A DNA stretch of 64,000 nucleotides from a virus (IMGVR_UViG_3300044638_007036:1-64000), one strand, 5' to 3'; shown: positions 31,865 to 41,632, numbered from the stretch's first letter. The notes: generated from the letters alone by a model not told the origin. Numbers and translations: made by a program.

Positions 31865-32410
31865 CAGTAGCATTTTACCATAATTAGATTCTGCTAATTT
31901 TTTATCAGCACTAGTCTTTGGATTTTTGCATTTTTTGTAATCTTCGAACATCTCTTCTGATAAGACTTCCTCGACTTCCTGATAGGAACCATTAAATTCA
32001 TCATAAAGCTTATCACTGATAGCATTTGAAAACTCTACCATAGAGTCAATATCGGTTAAACTGTCTATGAAAGAACTAATATCTTCGCACCGAAATGTTC
32101 TACCTGTAGCATTTGAGATAGTTAATCCACACCTATTTCTAGTATTATTTCTTGAGTAACATTCTCTACGTTCTTCTACGGTACTGTGAAAATTATCTCT
32201 ACTATAGTCACCTTCTTCTGTTTTTTTAAAAGCTCCACTTACATACTCAGCCATGAACTGATTCATGAATTTAAGCTCTGCGTCATCTAGTTTTTTAAGA
32301 TAGTCCATGTCTAATACTTCAAATCTGGTCTTTGCATTTAATCTTGGATTCAAAGCAGGGTACTTATCTAAACCTCTTTTCTTTTTGATATTTTCTTTTT
32401 TCTTTGACAT
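31826..32410 (-). CDS. Hypothetical phage protein
   Basis: 194-aa ORF with GGAG RBS; its 3' end overlaps the convergent late gene. Confidence 0.65.
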   Translation of the reverse strand: MSKKKENIKKKRGLDKYPALNPRLNAKTRFEVLDMDYLKKLDDAELKFMNQFMAEYVSGAFKKTEEGDYSRDNFHSTVEERRECYSRNNTRNRCGLTISNATGRTFRCEDISSFIDSLTDIDSMVEFSNAISDKLYDEFNGSYQEVEEVLSEEMFEDYKKCKNPKTSADKKLAESNYGKMLLSKFKNIKLIEES

Positions 32411-32711
32411 AATCTCCTACAACTTTGTTTAAATCAATATTACAATCATTTTTATTAATATAAAACCAATCTTTATCTTTTTTAGTTAACCTTATTATAT
32501 CATAAAATATAGATAAGCTTACTGGATCAATCGACCATTTTTTATAATGGGCATATAGGTGTCTTTTATATATCTTGAAAGAACCATCTGTTATTCGGTG
32601 AGTTTCTTGATAATAGGCAACATCAAATCTCTCTTCGGATTCTTCTGCGCTTTCTTGTAGAGCTAATTCTATTAATTGCTCATCTGTAAGTCTTGACGAC
32701 TCCATATCCAA
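32364..32711 (-). CDS. Hypothetical protein
   Basis: ORF tiled in the minus-strand operon; exact start uncertain. Confidence 0.55.
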   Translation of the reverse strand: MDMESSRLTDEQLIELALQESAEESEERFDVAYYQETHRITDGSFKIYKRHLYAHYKKWSIDPVSLSIFYDIIRLTKKDKDWFYINKNDCNIDLNKVVGDYVKEKRKYQKEKRFR

Positions 32712-33051
32712 TAAGTCCTGTGATTAATGCTCCTGATATAAAATATAAAGAGTTTTTTAAAAAAGTATTATTTTCATTCTTAACTTCTCGATCCGCAAAT
32801 TCTCTAGCTTTATTTTGATAAAGCTCTAATCTCTTATTCAGAATGTCTATTTCGCTTTCACTTAGCTCATTTAATTTTTTTAGAGTCACTATCTTTTTTT
32901 CAGAAGCTTCTAAATCATTACGTACTTCTTTTTCCTTTTCTTTTGTAAAAAGAACTCCGTCAAAAGGAACAGTCTCCCCCTTCTTTACAACTTTAACTTC
33001 CTCTGCTAAAGATAAGTTACAAGCTAGTAGCAAACACAATAGGAGTTTCAT
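32680..33051 (-). CDS. Exported coiled-coil protein with C-terminal TM segment (spanin-like)
   Basis: Signal peptide MKLLLCLLLACNLSLA, coiled coil, C-terminal LYFISGALITGLIGYGVV. Confidence 0.55.
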   Translation of the reverse strand: MKLLLCLLLACNLSLAEEVKVVKKGETVPFDGVLFTKEKEKEVRNDLEASEKKIVTLKKLNELSESEIDILNKRLELYQNKAREFADREVKNENNTFLKNSLYFISGALITGLIGYGVVKTYR

Positions 33052-33305
33052 TTTTTACCCTTATTCCAGTAGTCTTCTATATCTTTATCAGAAAGATCTT
33101 TCATCACTGTTTTATCAACTTCTTTTAGAAACTTATCTAACTCTTTTTTAGATTGCTTAATTGCTTCCTGTTTTGTTTCTAACTTAGCATCTTTAACTTC
33201 AATGTCATGTATCTTTTTGTCAGATTTCAATTTTTTATTTTCTTTTATAATAAGTAAAATTGCAGCCCCAACACCTGTTGCTAGGGCTATTAATATTTCA
33301 GTCAT
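33048..33305 (-). CDS. N-terminal TM plus coiled-coil protein (i-spanin-like)
   Basis: ILIALATGVGAAILLII followed by a charged coil. Confidence 0.5.
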   Translation of the reverse strand: MTEILIALATGVGAAILLIIKENKKLKSDKKIHDIEVKDAKLETKQEAIKQSKKELDKFLKEVDKTVMKDLSDKDIEDYWNKGKK

Positions 33306-34055
33306 TTAAGGCTCCAAGTTTCTTCTACCCTCTAAGTATTCCATAATTTTATCAGTATCTTGATTCTGTTCGATAAGAGGTTCTGTTAATAATGGACATT
33401 TAGAAAGTTTAACTTTAAAAGAAAAAATAAAAGATTGTACGGTTTTTTCTACCAACCCATCTAAACTAGCATCACACTTCAAAGACACTACTTCATCTGC
33501 AAATCTATCTTCGATAGCATTAGTACCAACAGCATAGTATTCATCTCTAATCAATTCCGCATAACTACTTTTAGTATACTTACCATTAGTACGAGAAATG
33601 ACTTGCTCATCCATCTTTTCTACAAGATCGATTACGTGTTTTAATCTAGAACTAACCTGTTGTGGAATATCTCCTTGAAATCCTCCACTAGCTCTATGAG
33701 ACATTAACGTGGCATACTTTGTAACGTATCGTCTAGGACTATTTTGTAAGATGTGGAAACCCATACTCGCAGCATACTTAGCTATAGAAAATACAGGTCT
33801 TCTTAGTTTATTCATAAATTCAATTAAATCTAATCCAGCTAAAACACTTCCTCCCGGAGTATTGAGAATTAAATAGATAGGCTCATTAGTTTCTCCTTCC
33901 TTTGCTAAAGCGTTAAGCTCATGCATAACTTCCCCAACAGATTCTCTAGTTACTGGACCCCTTAGAGTCACTGTATTTTTACTGGTTAGTAGAATTTCTT
34001 TTTCAGCAGCTAACAAATTAAAAGAAAGTAAAATTAAAAACAAAAACAGTTTCAT
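33306..34055 (-). CDS. ClpP/crotonase-like serine protease with a Sec signal peptide
   Basis: IYLILNTPGGSV, AASMG (catalytic Ser) and LMSH (His); N-terminus MKLFLFLILLSFNLLA. Confidence 0.85.
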   Translation of the reverse strand: MKLFLFLILLSFNLLAAEKEILLTSKNTVTLRGPVTRESVGEVMHELNALAKEGETNEPIYLILNTPGGSVLAGLDLIEFMNKLRRPVFSIAKYAASMGFHILQNSPRRYVTKYATLMSHRASGGFQGDIPQQVSSRLKHVIDLVEKMDEQVISRTNGKYTKSSYAELIRDEYYAVGTNAIEDRFADEVVSLKCDASLDGLVEKTVQSFIFSFKVKLSKCPLLTEPLIEQNQDTDKIMEYLEGRRNLEP

Positions 34056-34558
34056 TATAACCCCTTAGGTATAAGCTGAAATTTATAAGGATTTGTAAAT
34101 AATTCCCTATCATAAAATTCCTGCGTAGATTTATTATAACATCTTTGTGATGGTTCTATATAAGGATGCATTATGCTCATCGGACAATAAGTAGGGAAAT
34201 CAAATGAATTTTCAACATGCTCTCTTCTTAGAAGACAGTGCCCCCATTCATGATATAACAGGAGTTTACGGCTATTATTATCTAAATATTGCCAAGACCT
34301 TCTAGAGATTACAACAAGATTGAGGTGTGGCATACAGTATCCCAATTGTCCTTGAGCAGTACTGTTGCTAAAAATAGTAACTAATCGATAGTAGTCTATT
34401 TTTACATCGTGCTTTTTTGAATCTTTGTCGAAGGATTTTGCGTAGTCTTGAAATTCTGGATCTATGTAGACAGGCTTATTAAAAACTTTACTATAGAATA
34501 AAGGAACAGCTAAAAAGCAGTTTAAAGTAAAAAAAGTTATAATCATAAGTCGTATCAC
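34055..34558 (-). CDS. Membrane-anchored or exported zinc metallopeptidase
   Basis: N-terminal hydrophobic helix; HEWGHCLLRREH with a downstream SIMHP Met-turn (metzincin-like). Confidence 0.75.
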   Translation of the reverse strand: MIRLMIITFFTLNCFLAVPLFYSKVFNKPVYIDPEFQDYAKSFDKDSKKHDVKIDYYRLVTIFSNSTAQGQLGYCMPHLNLVVISRRSWQYLDNNSRKLLLYHEWGHCLLRREHVENSFDFPTYCPMSIMHPYIEPSQRCYNKSTQEFYDRELFTNPYKFQLIPKGL

Positions 34559-34947
34559 AAATCTAGTTTCCCATCTTTATCTTTGTAGTATTGTAACACA
34601 GCTTTCTCTTTTTTCAAAATTTTTCGTTTAGCATTTTCTTCTTTTGTTTTTTTATCGTGACATTCTTTGCAAATTGCCTGAAATCCATCTGCTTCACAGA
34701 ATAATCTTTTTACAACATCATCCCAATCTTTAAACCCCTCGACTGGAATTACTGGATTAATATGATCTATTTTTATATCTTTAGTTTGTGTTATTTTTTT
34801 ACACAAATTACAAGTGTACATTCCTCTAGCAATTCGAGCTTTCTTTAAACATTCCCGAGCAGGTTCCCAAAATCTAGAAATCTTTCTCAGTCCAGACATA
34901 AGCCATGATCTAAATTTTTTATGGTTAGGACTCGTTATCTCTTTCAT
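34555..34947 (-). CDS. HNH endonuclease
   Basis: CNLC...IDHINPV...FQAICKECHDKKT. Confidence 0.85.
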   Translation of the reverse strand: MKEITSPNHKKFRSWLMSGLRKISRFWEPARECLKKARIARGMYTCNLCKKITQTKDIKIDHINPVIPVEGFKDWDDVVKRLFCEADGFQAICKECHDKKTKEENAKRKILKKEKAVLQYYKDKDGKLDL

Positions 34948-35299
34948 TTTTTATAACCTTTCTATATTTACAATCGCCGCACAAAAGTATTCTTCCCATT
35001 ATTGGAACACTTATATTTTTTACGTCGGAAGATCCGCATTTTTCACACTTGTTACCTTTCTTTATTTCCTGTAAAGTAGAACCTTTCTTAACTCCATCAA
35101 TAATATTCTCTACTGAAATATTGTCAGTATTACCTTTCAAGTAAGTTGAAGTCTGACTAAATGCTTCGTGTAAAGTCGCCACTTCTGACTTTAATCTTTC
35201 ATTATCTCTTTTTAACCTTCTATTTGCAGCTTTTAATTCTTTAATCGTCTGTTCATTCTCTTCCTGTATTCTTACATCTTTAGCACGTTTTCTGCCCAT
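34925..35299 (-). CDS. Coiled-coil plus Zn-ribbon protein
   Basis: CEKC...CGDC. Confidence 0.65.
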   Translation of the reverse strand: MGRKRAKDVRIQEENEQTIKELKAANRRLKRDNERLKSEVATLHEAFSQTSTYLKGNTDNISVENIIDGVKKGSTLQEIKKGNKCEKCGSSDVKNISVPIMGRILLCGDCKYRKVIKNERDNES

Positions 35300-35307
35300 C
35301 TGTACCT

Positions 35308-35670
35308 CTAGTCAGAGTATTTAAAAACAATTCCTTCAGGACTCTGTAGATTACCGTCTATTAGTATATCATGAAAAAACATGATTCTATCAAGCAAAGT
35401 ACAGGTTGTTATAGTAGGAGTCAATTCTTCTGTAACAAAAATGTTGTCCCATAATTCCGGTATTTTAAATCCATCCGTTGTTCTTATTTTGGTTCTAGTA
35501 GACATATGAAATGTAATGTTATTAGAAGCTCTATAATACATAGGATAACAGCTAACTATCATAATACTCTTAACCGGAAAATAAACTCCACCCTCACACA
35601 AAAGTAAGTCTCCTACTTTTACATCGTTTAATTTTTTTATTTTACCGTTTTCTATTACTCGCAATTGCAT
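35308..35670 (-). CDS. Stand-alone degenerate Hint (intein-like) domain protein
   Basis: KKLNDVKVGDLLL..GG...VKSI, TTDGFK...L.D.I and HDILIDG....EGIVF follow Hint blocks. No N-terminal Cys/Ser and no terminal HN. Confidence 0.55.
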   Translation of the reverse strand: MQLRVIENGKIKKLNDVKVGDLLLCEGGVYFPVKSIMIVSCYPMYYRASNNITFHMSTRTKIRTTDGFKIPELWDNIFVTEELTPTITTCTLLDRIMFFHDILIDGNLQSPEGIVFKYSD

Positions 35671-36310
35671 CTTTCACTACCGTATACCACATGCATATCT
35701 CTGACTGAAGTGCTGTGATAGTAGAAACATTATTAATAATCACATCATAATCAGATTCTTCCCCGAGTTGATTTTCACTAATATGTCCATCTTTAGATTC
35801 AAATCCCGGACGATTTACTAAAACTAATACGGCTCCTAACCCTCTAAGAAAGTCTCTTTCATTTTGAAATCTAGCATCTGTTATTACAATGTTACCATAG
35901 TCATTCTCTATGTTCTTTTTGACGTAAGATAGCCAAATGTCGTCCTTAATAAAATTTCTACAAATATCTGTCCCAACCACCTGAAGAGCATCCCTAATAG
36001 TTGAAAGCTTCTTATCTCTAAATTGTGAATTAATTTGTTCAATATGGAATTCAGTAACATTGAAACCATCCTCTGTTAATATTTTAAATAAAGTATTCAA
36101 GTGAATATCTGTTAGTACGATAGGTAATTCAAAAGGTTTTTCTTTTTTAAAAGGATCGTCCATATCCTGCCTATTTATTTCAAAAATAACAGAGCAGATT
36201 GTTTTAAGTCTATCAGCCAATCCTATTCTTTTAAATCCACAAGTACGCATTAATCCTTCAGCGGCACTATCTTTTCCAGCAAATTTAACTCCCGAGAAAG
36301 CTACAATCAT
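35642..36310 (-). CDS. Deoxynucleoside monophosphate kinase
   Basis: GVKFAGKDS P-loop, RDALQVVGTD, ITDARFQNE, HISE. Confidence 0.9.
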   Translation of the reverse strand: MIVAFSGVKFAGKDSAAEGLMRTCGFKRIGLADRLKTICSVIFEINRQDMDDPFKKEKPFELPIVLTDIHLNTLFKILTEDGFNVTEFHIEQINSQFRDKKLSTIRDALQVVGTDICRNFIKDDIWLSYVKKNIENDYGNIVITDARFQNERDFLRGLGAVLVLVNRPGFESKDGHISENQLGEESDYDVIINNVSTITALQSEICMWYTVVKDAIASNRKR

Positions 36311-36717
36311 TAATCCTCCCTATAGAATTTACCAATTCGTAATTCATCTTCTTCCGAAGTGTACCCATCTTTTTTTAATTTTACCATAAAAATAGCTAAA
36401 ATTTCACACTCTAACATTTTATGTTCTGGAGTATGTTCCCAATAAATTAAGTGCGAAAGTTCATGTGCTAGATATTGTAGCAGATCTAGAGTTGAGTATT
36501 GTTTTATTTTATCTGATGGTAAATCATGATAAGTCAAGTATAAAGTTATACGGTAAGATTTTTTATCAAAGTATGTAATAAGTCCATGACAGTGTTGCCA
36601 TCTTTCTCTATTACCTTTTTTAGAAGATATTTTTTTTAAATGTTTTACTTTTGGAACCAAGTGTTCCACTTTATCAATATATTCTCTGACCCATTCAAGT
36701 TCTTTCGTAATTTTCAT
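36310..36717 (-). CDS. Zincin metallopeptidase (WLM/YgjP/SprT-like)
   Basis: LAHELSHLIYWEHTPEH. Confidence 0.7.
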   Translation of the reverse strand: MKITKELEWVREYIDKVEHLVPKVKHLKKISSKKGNRERWQHCHGLITYFDKKSYRITLYLTYHDLPSDKIKQYSTLDLLQYLAHELSHLIYWEHTPEHKMLECEILAIFMVKLKKDGYTSEEDELRIGKFYRED

Positions 36718-36725
36718 TAGAGCAC

Positions 36726-37535
36726 CTATTTTTTAATAATATCATATGCTCTCAAAGCTGAAGTAACATTTTCATTTTTAATAAAATCCGCTAACTGTAA
36801 AAATAATTCTTCTAAAGATAGAACATCATATTTATTATAAGTCTCCATGGATTTCCATGCTTTTAAATTTCCTTTAATACATTCATCCCAAAGTTTAAAT
36901 CCCTTAAAATCAGAATGATCTTGCTTTTTATATTTTGTATTTAACTTAGCTGTCATGTAAGCAAGCTTATGAGAAGTAAATCCAAATCTTTTAGCCATCT
37001 TATAAGTGTCGATTGACTTGAATTCGCTAGGGCATCCCATCTTATGGTGGATAAATCTTGCATTTAGTTTGGGTAAATCAAATCTATCCGAGTTCTGACC
37101 TACTATAATGTCAGCTTCGTCCATCAACTTCCATAGAGGCTTCAAAAGCTCCTTATCATTAACCAAAGCATTACCCTTTTTTTTACGATTATCTCTGTAA
37201 ATGACTTCCGACTCAGGAGAGTTAGCCCATTTTGCAGACCATGATAATACTGACCAATCTTCTATTAGCATTTCTAAGGGAATATTCTGATCGAACGTGC
37301 CCCATACCCAAGCTTTCAAGGGTTTAGTCTCAATGTCTACATATAAAACTTTAGGAACATCTTTTTCGATATGTCTTGCATGGCGTTCGATCTTTCGTCG
37401 CATAGAATATTCGGTGATGTTAGTAAAAAACTTGCGATTAAATAGTCTAGTAATAGTTCTTCTACTTTTTCCTTTTTTATATTGGTTAACAATAAAAGTT
37501 ACTTGAGCATTGCTTAGTTCTTGTTTCACGTTCAC
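36726..37535 (-). CDS. DEDD/RNase H-like 3'-5' exonuclease with N-terminal HTH
   Basis: VDIET, GQNSDRFDLP, IDTYK and YNKYDV motifs. Confidence 0.85.
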   Translation of the reverse strand: MNVKQELSNAQVTFIVNQYKKGKSRRTITRLFNRKFFTNITEYSMRRKIERHARHIEKDVPKVLYVDIETKPLKAWVWGTFDQNIPLEMLIEDWSVLSWSAKWANSPESEVIYRDNRKKKGNALVNDKELLKPLWKLMDEADIIVGQNSDRFDLPKLNARFIHHKMGCPSEFKSIDTYKMAKRFGFTSHKLAYMTAKLNTKYKKQDHSDFKGFKLWDECIKGNLKAWKSMETYNKYDVLSLEELFLQLADFIKNENVTSALRAYDIIKK

Positions 37536-37745
37536 CTACTGAGTTAGTTTCGTTGTATTATTATAAGATTCACGACAGTACATAAGATAGAAAGCTATGG
37601 ACATCATCACTACTCTCTCTAATGATTCTCTTTGTTCCAAGTCTAAATGAGGAATCTGGAGTTCTTCTTGTAAAATCTCTACAGTTTTTGTAACAGATTC
37701 ATCATCTAAAGAGATCGTACCTAAAGATCTTCCATTATTATTCAT
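37536..37745 (-). CDS. Hypothetical protein
   Basis: Short ORF tiled within the operon. Confidence 0.5.
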   Translation of the reverse strand: MNNNGRSLGTISLDDESVTKTVEILQEELQIPHLDLEQRESLERVVMMSIAFYLMYCRESYNNTTKLTQ

Positions 37746-38292
37746 TATTATCCTTTAAATACAAAGCTCGTTTATTTTCCGAAAACTTGGACAATTTAGT
37801 TTCTCCAAATACAAGAGTTCTAAATTGTTTTGCTAGTAAAATTTCTACTCTAGCAGTTTTATTTATCTCATCAGTAAAAACTCTACACCCTATTACTATA
37901 TCATACTCATTAGAAAATTCAAACAACGGATCTTTAGCTTGAAATATCCAACTGTCTCCATATCTATTAGAAGACTCAAAAGATTGAGATTTTATATGTA
38001 GATTATATAATCCCCAATACAAATCAGGATCAAATGATTTATATTGTGCTGAATAGACTGACATATCTGGAATATTTATATTAGTCCTACCTTCTGAGAG
38101 ATATATAAAATAAACTCCCCATTCTGCAAGCTTTCCAAGTAGTATGTCATTTTTGATTTTAGATAAATTAAATTGTTTTCTTTTAGAGTACTCATCTTTA
38201 TTAGTAATGAGTACTCTTTCTGCGAAGTGCTCGCATATTTTATAAATATCTGACTGTAGTTGATAAGATCTATCGAAAAGATCCGGCTTCAT
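37738..38292 (-). CDS. Possible PD-(D/E)xK-fold nuclease-like protein
   Basis: GKLAEW...DPDL...LHIKS pattern. Confidence 0.4.
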   Translation of the reverse strand: MKPDLFDRSYQLQSDIYKICEHFAERVLITNKDEYSKRKQFNLSKIKNDILLGKLAEWGVYFIYLSEGRTNINIPDMSVYSAQYKSFDPDLYWGLYNLHIKSQSFESSNRYGDSWIFQAKDPLFEFSNEYDIVIGCRVFTDEINKTARVEILLAKQFRTLVFGETKLSKFSENKRALYLKDNNE

Positions 38293-38419
38293 ATACCTTA
38301 TTCTTTTGTTCTTCCTCTTCTACTTTTTTCTTATCTACTCCAAAACTTGTTTCGTAATGTAAAGCACAAGACTGTAGAAACATTAATAGAAATAAAATAA
38401 TAGCAGTTTTAAAATTCAT
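38270..38419 (-). CDS. 49-aa lipoprotein missing from the ORF track
   Basis: MNFKTAIILFLLMFLQSC-ALHYETSFG..., with a lipobox-like LQSC and AAGGAG RBS. Confidence 0.6.
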   Translation of the reverse strand: MNFKTAIILFLLMFLQSCALHYETSFGVDKKKVEEEEQKNKVYEAGSFR

Positions 38420-38428
38420 TACAACTCC

Positions 38429-39347
38429 TTACGTTTCTTCTGGTACAAATTCTCTTTTCATTTCATAATCTAAATTTTTAACATAGTTCCTAACTTCTTC
38501 TTTTCTAGAATGGTGAACTTGTTTTACAAGAACATGTTCATCAATCTCCTTTTCAGTAAGTGGTCTAAGCTTAGGTTCCATAAACATCTCAATCATCTTT
38601 AGAATCTCCTCTGCTTTAGCAGACTTAGGAGAATCTCCGTTCAACATAGATTCGACATTCTTCAGCATTTGACTTCGTTTAGCAAACATAATTACCTCTG
38701 AACATATTGTATCAGTATTAATACTACAAACAAAAGAATAAATTTACCAGTTAATCCCATAAAGCTTTAACCTCTGTATTGATTCTATTTAAAATTTCCT
38801 GAGGCAGTACTTGCATAGCAATCATAACATCATATGGAATTGGTTCTGTATTTTTATTTGACCAATATACTTTACTTAATAACCATTCCTTTAAGATAAA
38901 CTCAGCTTGTTCTTCAGACATTTTCATCCTCCCATCCTTCTACTACCACAGTTTCTTCATAAGGCATTAGTTCAATATCTTTCTTACGAATTCTCTTTTT
39001 ATGAGTTGGTTTAATAATATCAAGATCTTCTAAACCTTTTAGTACCAAGTCAGCATGTTCTTTTTCATTGTATGAATAATGTCCAGTATTTCTCATAGTT
39101 AAAGTCGTAGCAATTAATTTAAGTACAGCACTGCGTTTCATTGTAACATCCTTGTATTTTTTTTAACTAGTTCATATTCCTCAGAAGGTAAATTATGCAT
39201 ATCATTATTTATATTTGACATGAACTTTTCATATTCAACATTAAGCAATCTATTTTCTAATTCAAGATTACTTTTTATTAAAAAGATACAGAAGCAACCT
39301 AGCACAAGTAACACAATTCCAAGAGTCCAAGTTAAGATAGTCATCAA
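38429..39347 (-). CDS. Cluster of small hypothetical ORFs (38429-38689, 38751-38927, 38914-39141, 39138-39347)
   Basis: Mostly tiled with RBSs; 39138-39347 has an N-terminal TM helix. Confidence 0.55.
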
Positions 39348-41629
39348 TGCCCCTCCCTTAAGTTTCCAGCAATTTCAGGTTTAGCTATTAAAGGCATTGC
39401 TAGTTTGTTAGTGCCTTCCATTGCAGATTGTACCACTTGCTTTCCTATTTCACAAATTTCTTCTTTACATGTAGCTACTAGCTGATCATGTATTTGTAAA
39501 CTTACCCATGCATCTAGTTTATTTTCCATGAATTTCTTTGTCATGGCAATAGCGGCTCTATTCACAATAGAAGTAGCGGCTGATTGAATAGGAAAGTTTA
39601 AAGCATTGTTTAGTAGATTGTTATATTCTTTTCGGATTAATCTAAGTTCGTCCATAGGTACTCCAGTTTTCGTTGATATCTTTTTGAGATTTCTGAAATC
39701 TAAAATACCATCTCCAAATCTTTGATAGATTTCCTTAGCTCTAGGAAGGTGACGGACTCTGCCAAATTTACTAGTAACCTTTCCAGTAGTCTTTACTTCT
39801 GTGAGATATTTATCCATCTTAGCTTTCAATCCGGGAAATGCTTTAAAGTAGTTACTGATAATCTCTGCCGCCTTCTCTTCGGAAATATCTAAACTCTTAG
39901 CAAGCTTGAACTCTTTCATTCCATATCGAATACCGAGAGCATAAGCCTTTGCGTTCTGCCTGACATTAGGATATTTCTTCTTTAGAAAGTTCGGAGCTTT
40001 CTTATCAGCCGAAGCATCTTTGATATCTTCTGCCATGATAGCTACTACTGAATACATATCTAGATTGTCAGTAAAGATTCTGATTAGAGCTTCATCGCCC
40101 GCATCGTCAGCGAAGCAACGAGGTTCAAGAGATTCATAGTCATCGTCTATGAACTTATAACCTTTAGGAGCAATTACTAATTCCCGAATAGAATCATTGT
40201 ATTTCTTTACTAGCTCATGCTCTACGCTGTCTTCATCCTTTGGACGAGGTAGCTGTTGGAAGTCACTGGAGTATCTTCCTGACGTTGTACCATGTTGCTT
40301 GAATGAAGGATAGTAAATTCCATTCTCATGATTCTCAAGGAATCTTTCGTAGTAGCTACTCTTGATTTTATTGAGCTTATTATATACTCTTAGCTTCTCA
40401 GCCCAAGGATGATCCTTAGAAATACTTTCAACGAAGTCCTCATTGAATTGCGGAGATCCTTTAGCTGTCTTTGTAAGAGGCTCGATTCCCATGTAGTTAA
40501 ATACTAAATCTCCAATTTGAGTTTTGGATTGAATGTTAATCAGGTAATCTGTTTCATTATCTTTCTTTAGTAGGTTACATCGAATATCCCAAATAGAACT
40601 GGAACCTAAGTAGTGTGCATCATTAGTTAAAAGAAATTTCTTCCAGCAACTATCAGGTAACGATTCAATAGTTTTCTTATTAAGTATAAACTTTCCATTC
40701 GCTCCAGTAGGAAGTTCTAATCCTGCATAGTTACAAACCTCTTGAGCAAAAGAACCTTTACATGATACGGGATATTCCTCTAATTTAGTTTGGATATAAT
40801 TACTCCAAGCTGAAGTATTGTATAAAGCCTCGACAACTTCTTTTTCGTACTCTAGGATATCGGAAGTAATTCCTGCGTAAAGTTGTTGCAATCGAGGCAG
40901 GTCGATATGAACTCCACGATGCTCCATGCGGATAGTAACTAATCTATATAGAGGCATCACTTCTTCTTGAAAAAAGAAAGTAAACAAATTCTGCTGCTCT
41001 AGTTGCTTTAAATGGTAATTGTATAATCGAATAGTCATATCCACATCGGCACAAGCATACTTATGTAACAACCACAAATCTGCTTTATACATTTCTTTAT
41101 TAGACGCAATCCACTTACCACCATTATCTATTACAGATTGTTTTAAATCGAGTTGCTCTTGATTGGCAGCATCTTGAGAATCCAATCCTAATTCTACTGC
41201 TCTACGAATACAAATGTCCTTAAGTCCAAATGGACCATCTTCGTTAATAGTATGCTCCATTAACATAGTATCAGCATGTAGAGCTGAGAGTAAATTCGTT
41301 TTAAGATCGTTAGCAGTAATACGAATATCATAAGAGGCATTGTGCATTACGAGCTTTTTAGTTTTCAACACAGATAAAATTTTATTAAGTGTATTATCAG
41401 AATAGAAAGGGTGAGTAGTAAGTGCTTTAATATGATCTTGCCAATACATTATAGGATAGTAAAATCCCATAGCTTCTTTGCCAGTAAATGCAATACCAAT
41501 AACTCTATCCTTACGTACGTTAAGTCCTGTAGACTCCACATCGTACGCTATAACAGAATAGTTTTCTAAATGATCTAAAGCTTTTTGTAATGGTTTTTCT
41601 CCATCTATTAGAATATATTCTTTAATCAT
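39344..41629 (-). CDS. polA: Family A DNA polymerase with 3'-5' exonuclease domain
   Basis: Exo DVESTG/HNASYD/YACADV; TTSGRYSS; motif A DYESLEPR; motif B RQNAKAYALGIRYG; motif C QIHDQL. Confidence 0.95.
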   Translation of the reverse strand: MIKEYILIDGEKPLQKALDHLENYSVIAYDVESTGLNVRKDRVIGIAFTGKEAMGFYYPIMYWQDHIKALTTHPFYSDNTLNKILSVLKTKKLVMHNASYDIRITANDLKTNLLSALHADTMLMEHTINEDGPFGLKDICIRRAVELGLDSQDAANQEQLDLKQSVIDNGGKWIASNKEMYKADLWLLHKYACADVDMTIRLYNYHLKQLEQQNLFTFFFQEEVMPLYRLVTIRMEHRGVHIDLPRLQQLYAGITSDILEYEKEVVEALYNTSAWSNYIQTKLEEYPVSCKGSFAQEVCNYAGLELPTGANGKFILNKKTIESLPDSCWKKFLLTNDAHYLGSSSIWDIRCNLLKKDNETDYLINIQSKTQIGDLVFNYMGIEPLTKTAKGSPQFNEDFVESISKDHPWAEKLRVYNKLNKIKSSYYERFLENHENGIYYPSFKQHGTTSGRYSSDFQQLPRPKDEDSVEHELVKKYNDSIRELVIAPKGYKFIDDDYESLEPRCFADDAGDEALIRIFTDNLDMYSVVAIMAEDIKDASADKKAPNFLKKKYPNVRQNAKAYALGIRYGMKEFKLAKSLDISEEKAAEIISNYFKAFPGLKAKMDKYLTEVKTTGKVTSKFGRVRHLPRAKEIYQRFGDGILDFRNLKKISTKTGVPMDELRLIRKEYNNLLNNALNFPIQSAATSIVNRAAIAMTKKFMENKLDAWVSLQIHDQLVATCKEEICEIGKQVVQSAMEGTNKLAMPLIAKPEIAGNLREGH

Positions 41630-41632
41630 TTT

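Noticed and set aside
33306-34055. Calling the ClpP-like gene the prohead protease
   Set aside because: It is on the non-structural strand, far from the capsid gene, and carries an apparent export signal.
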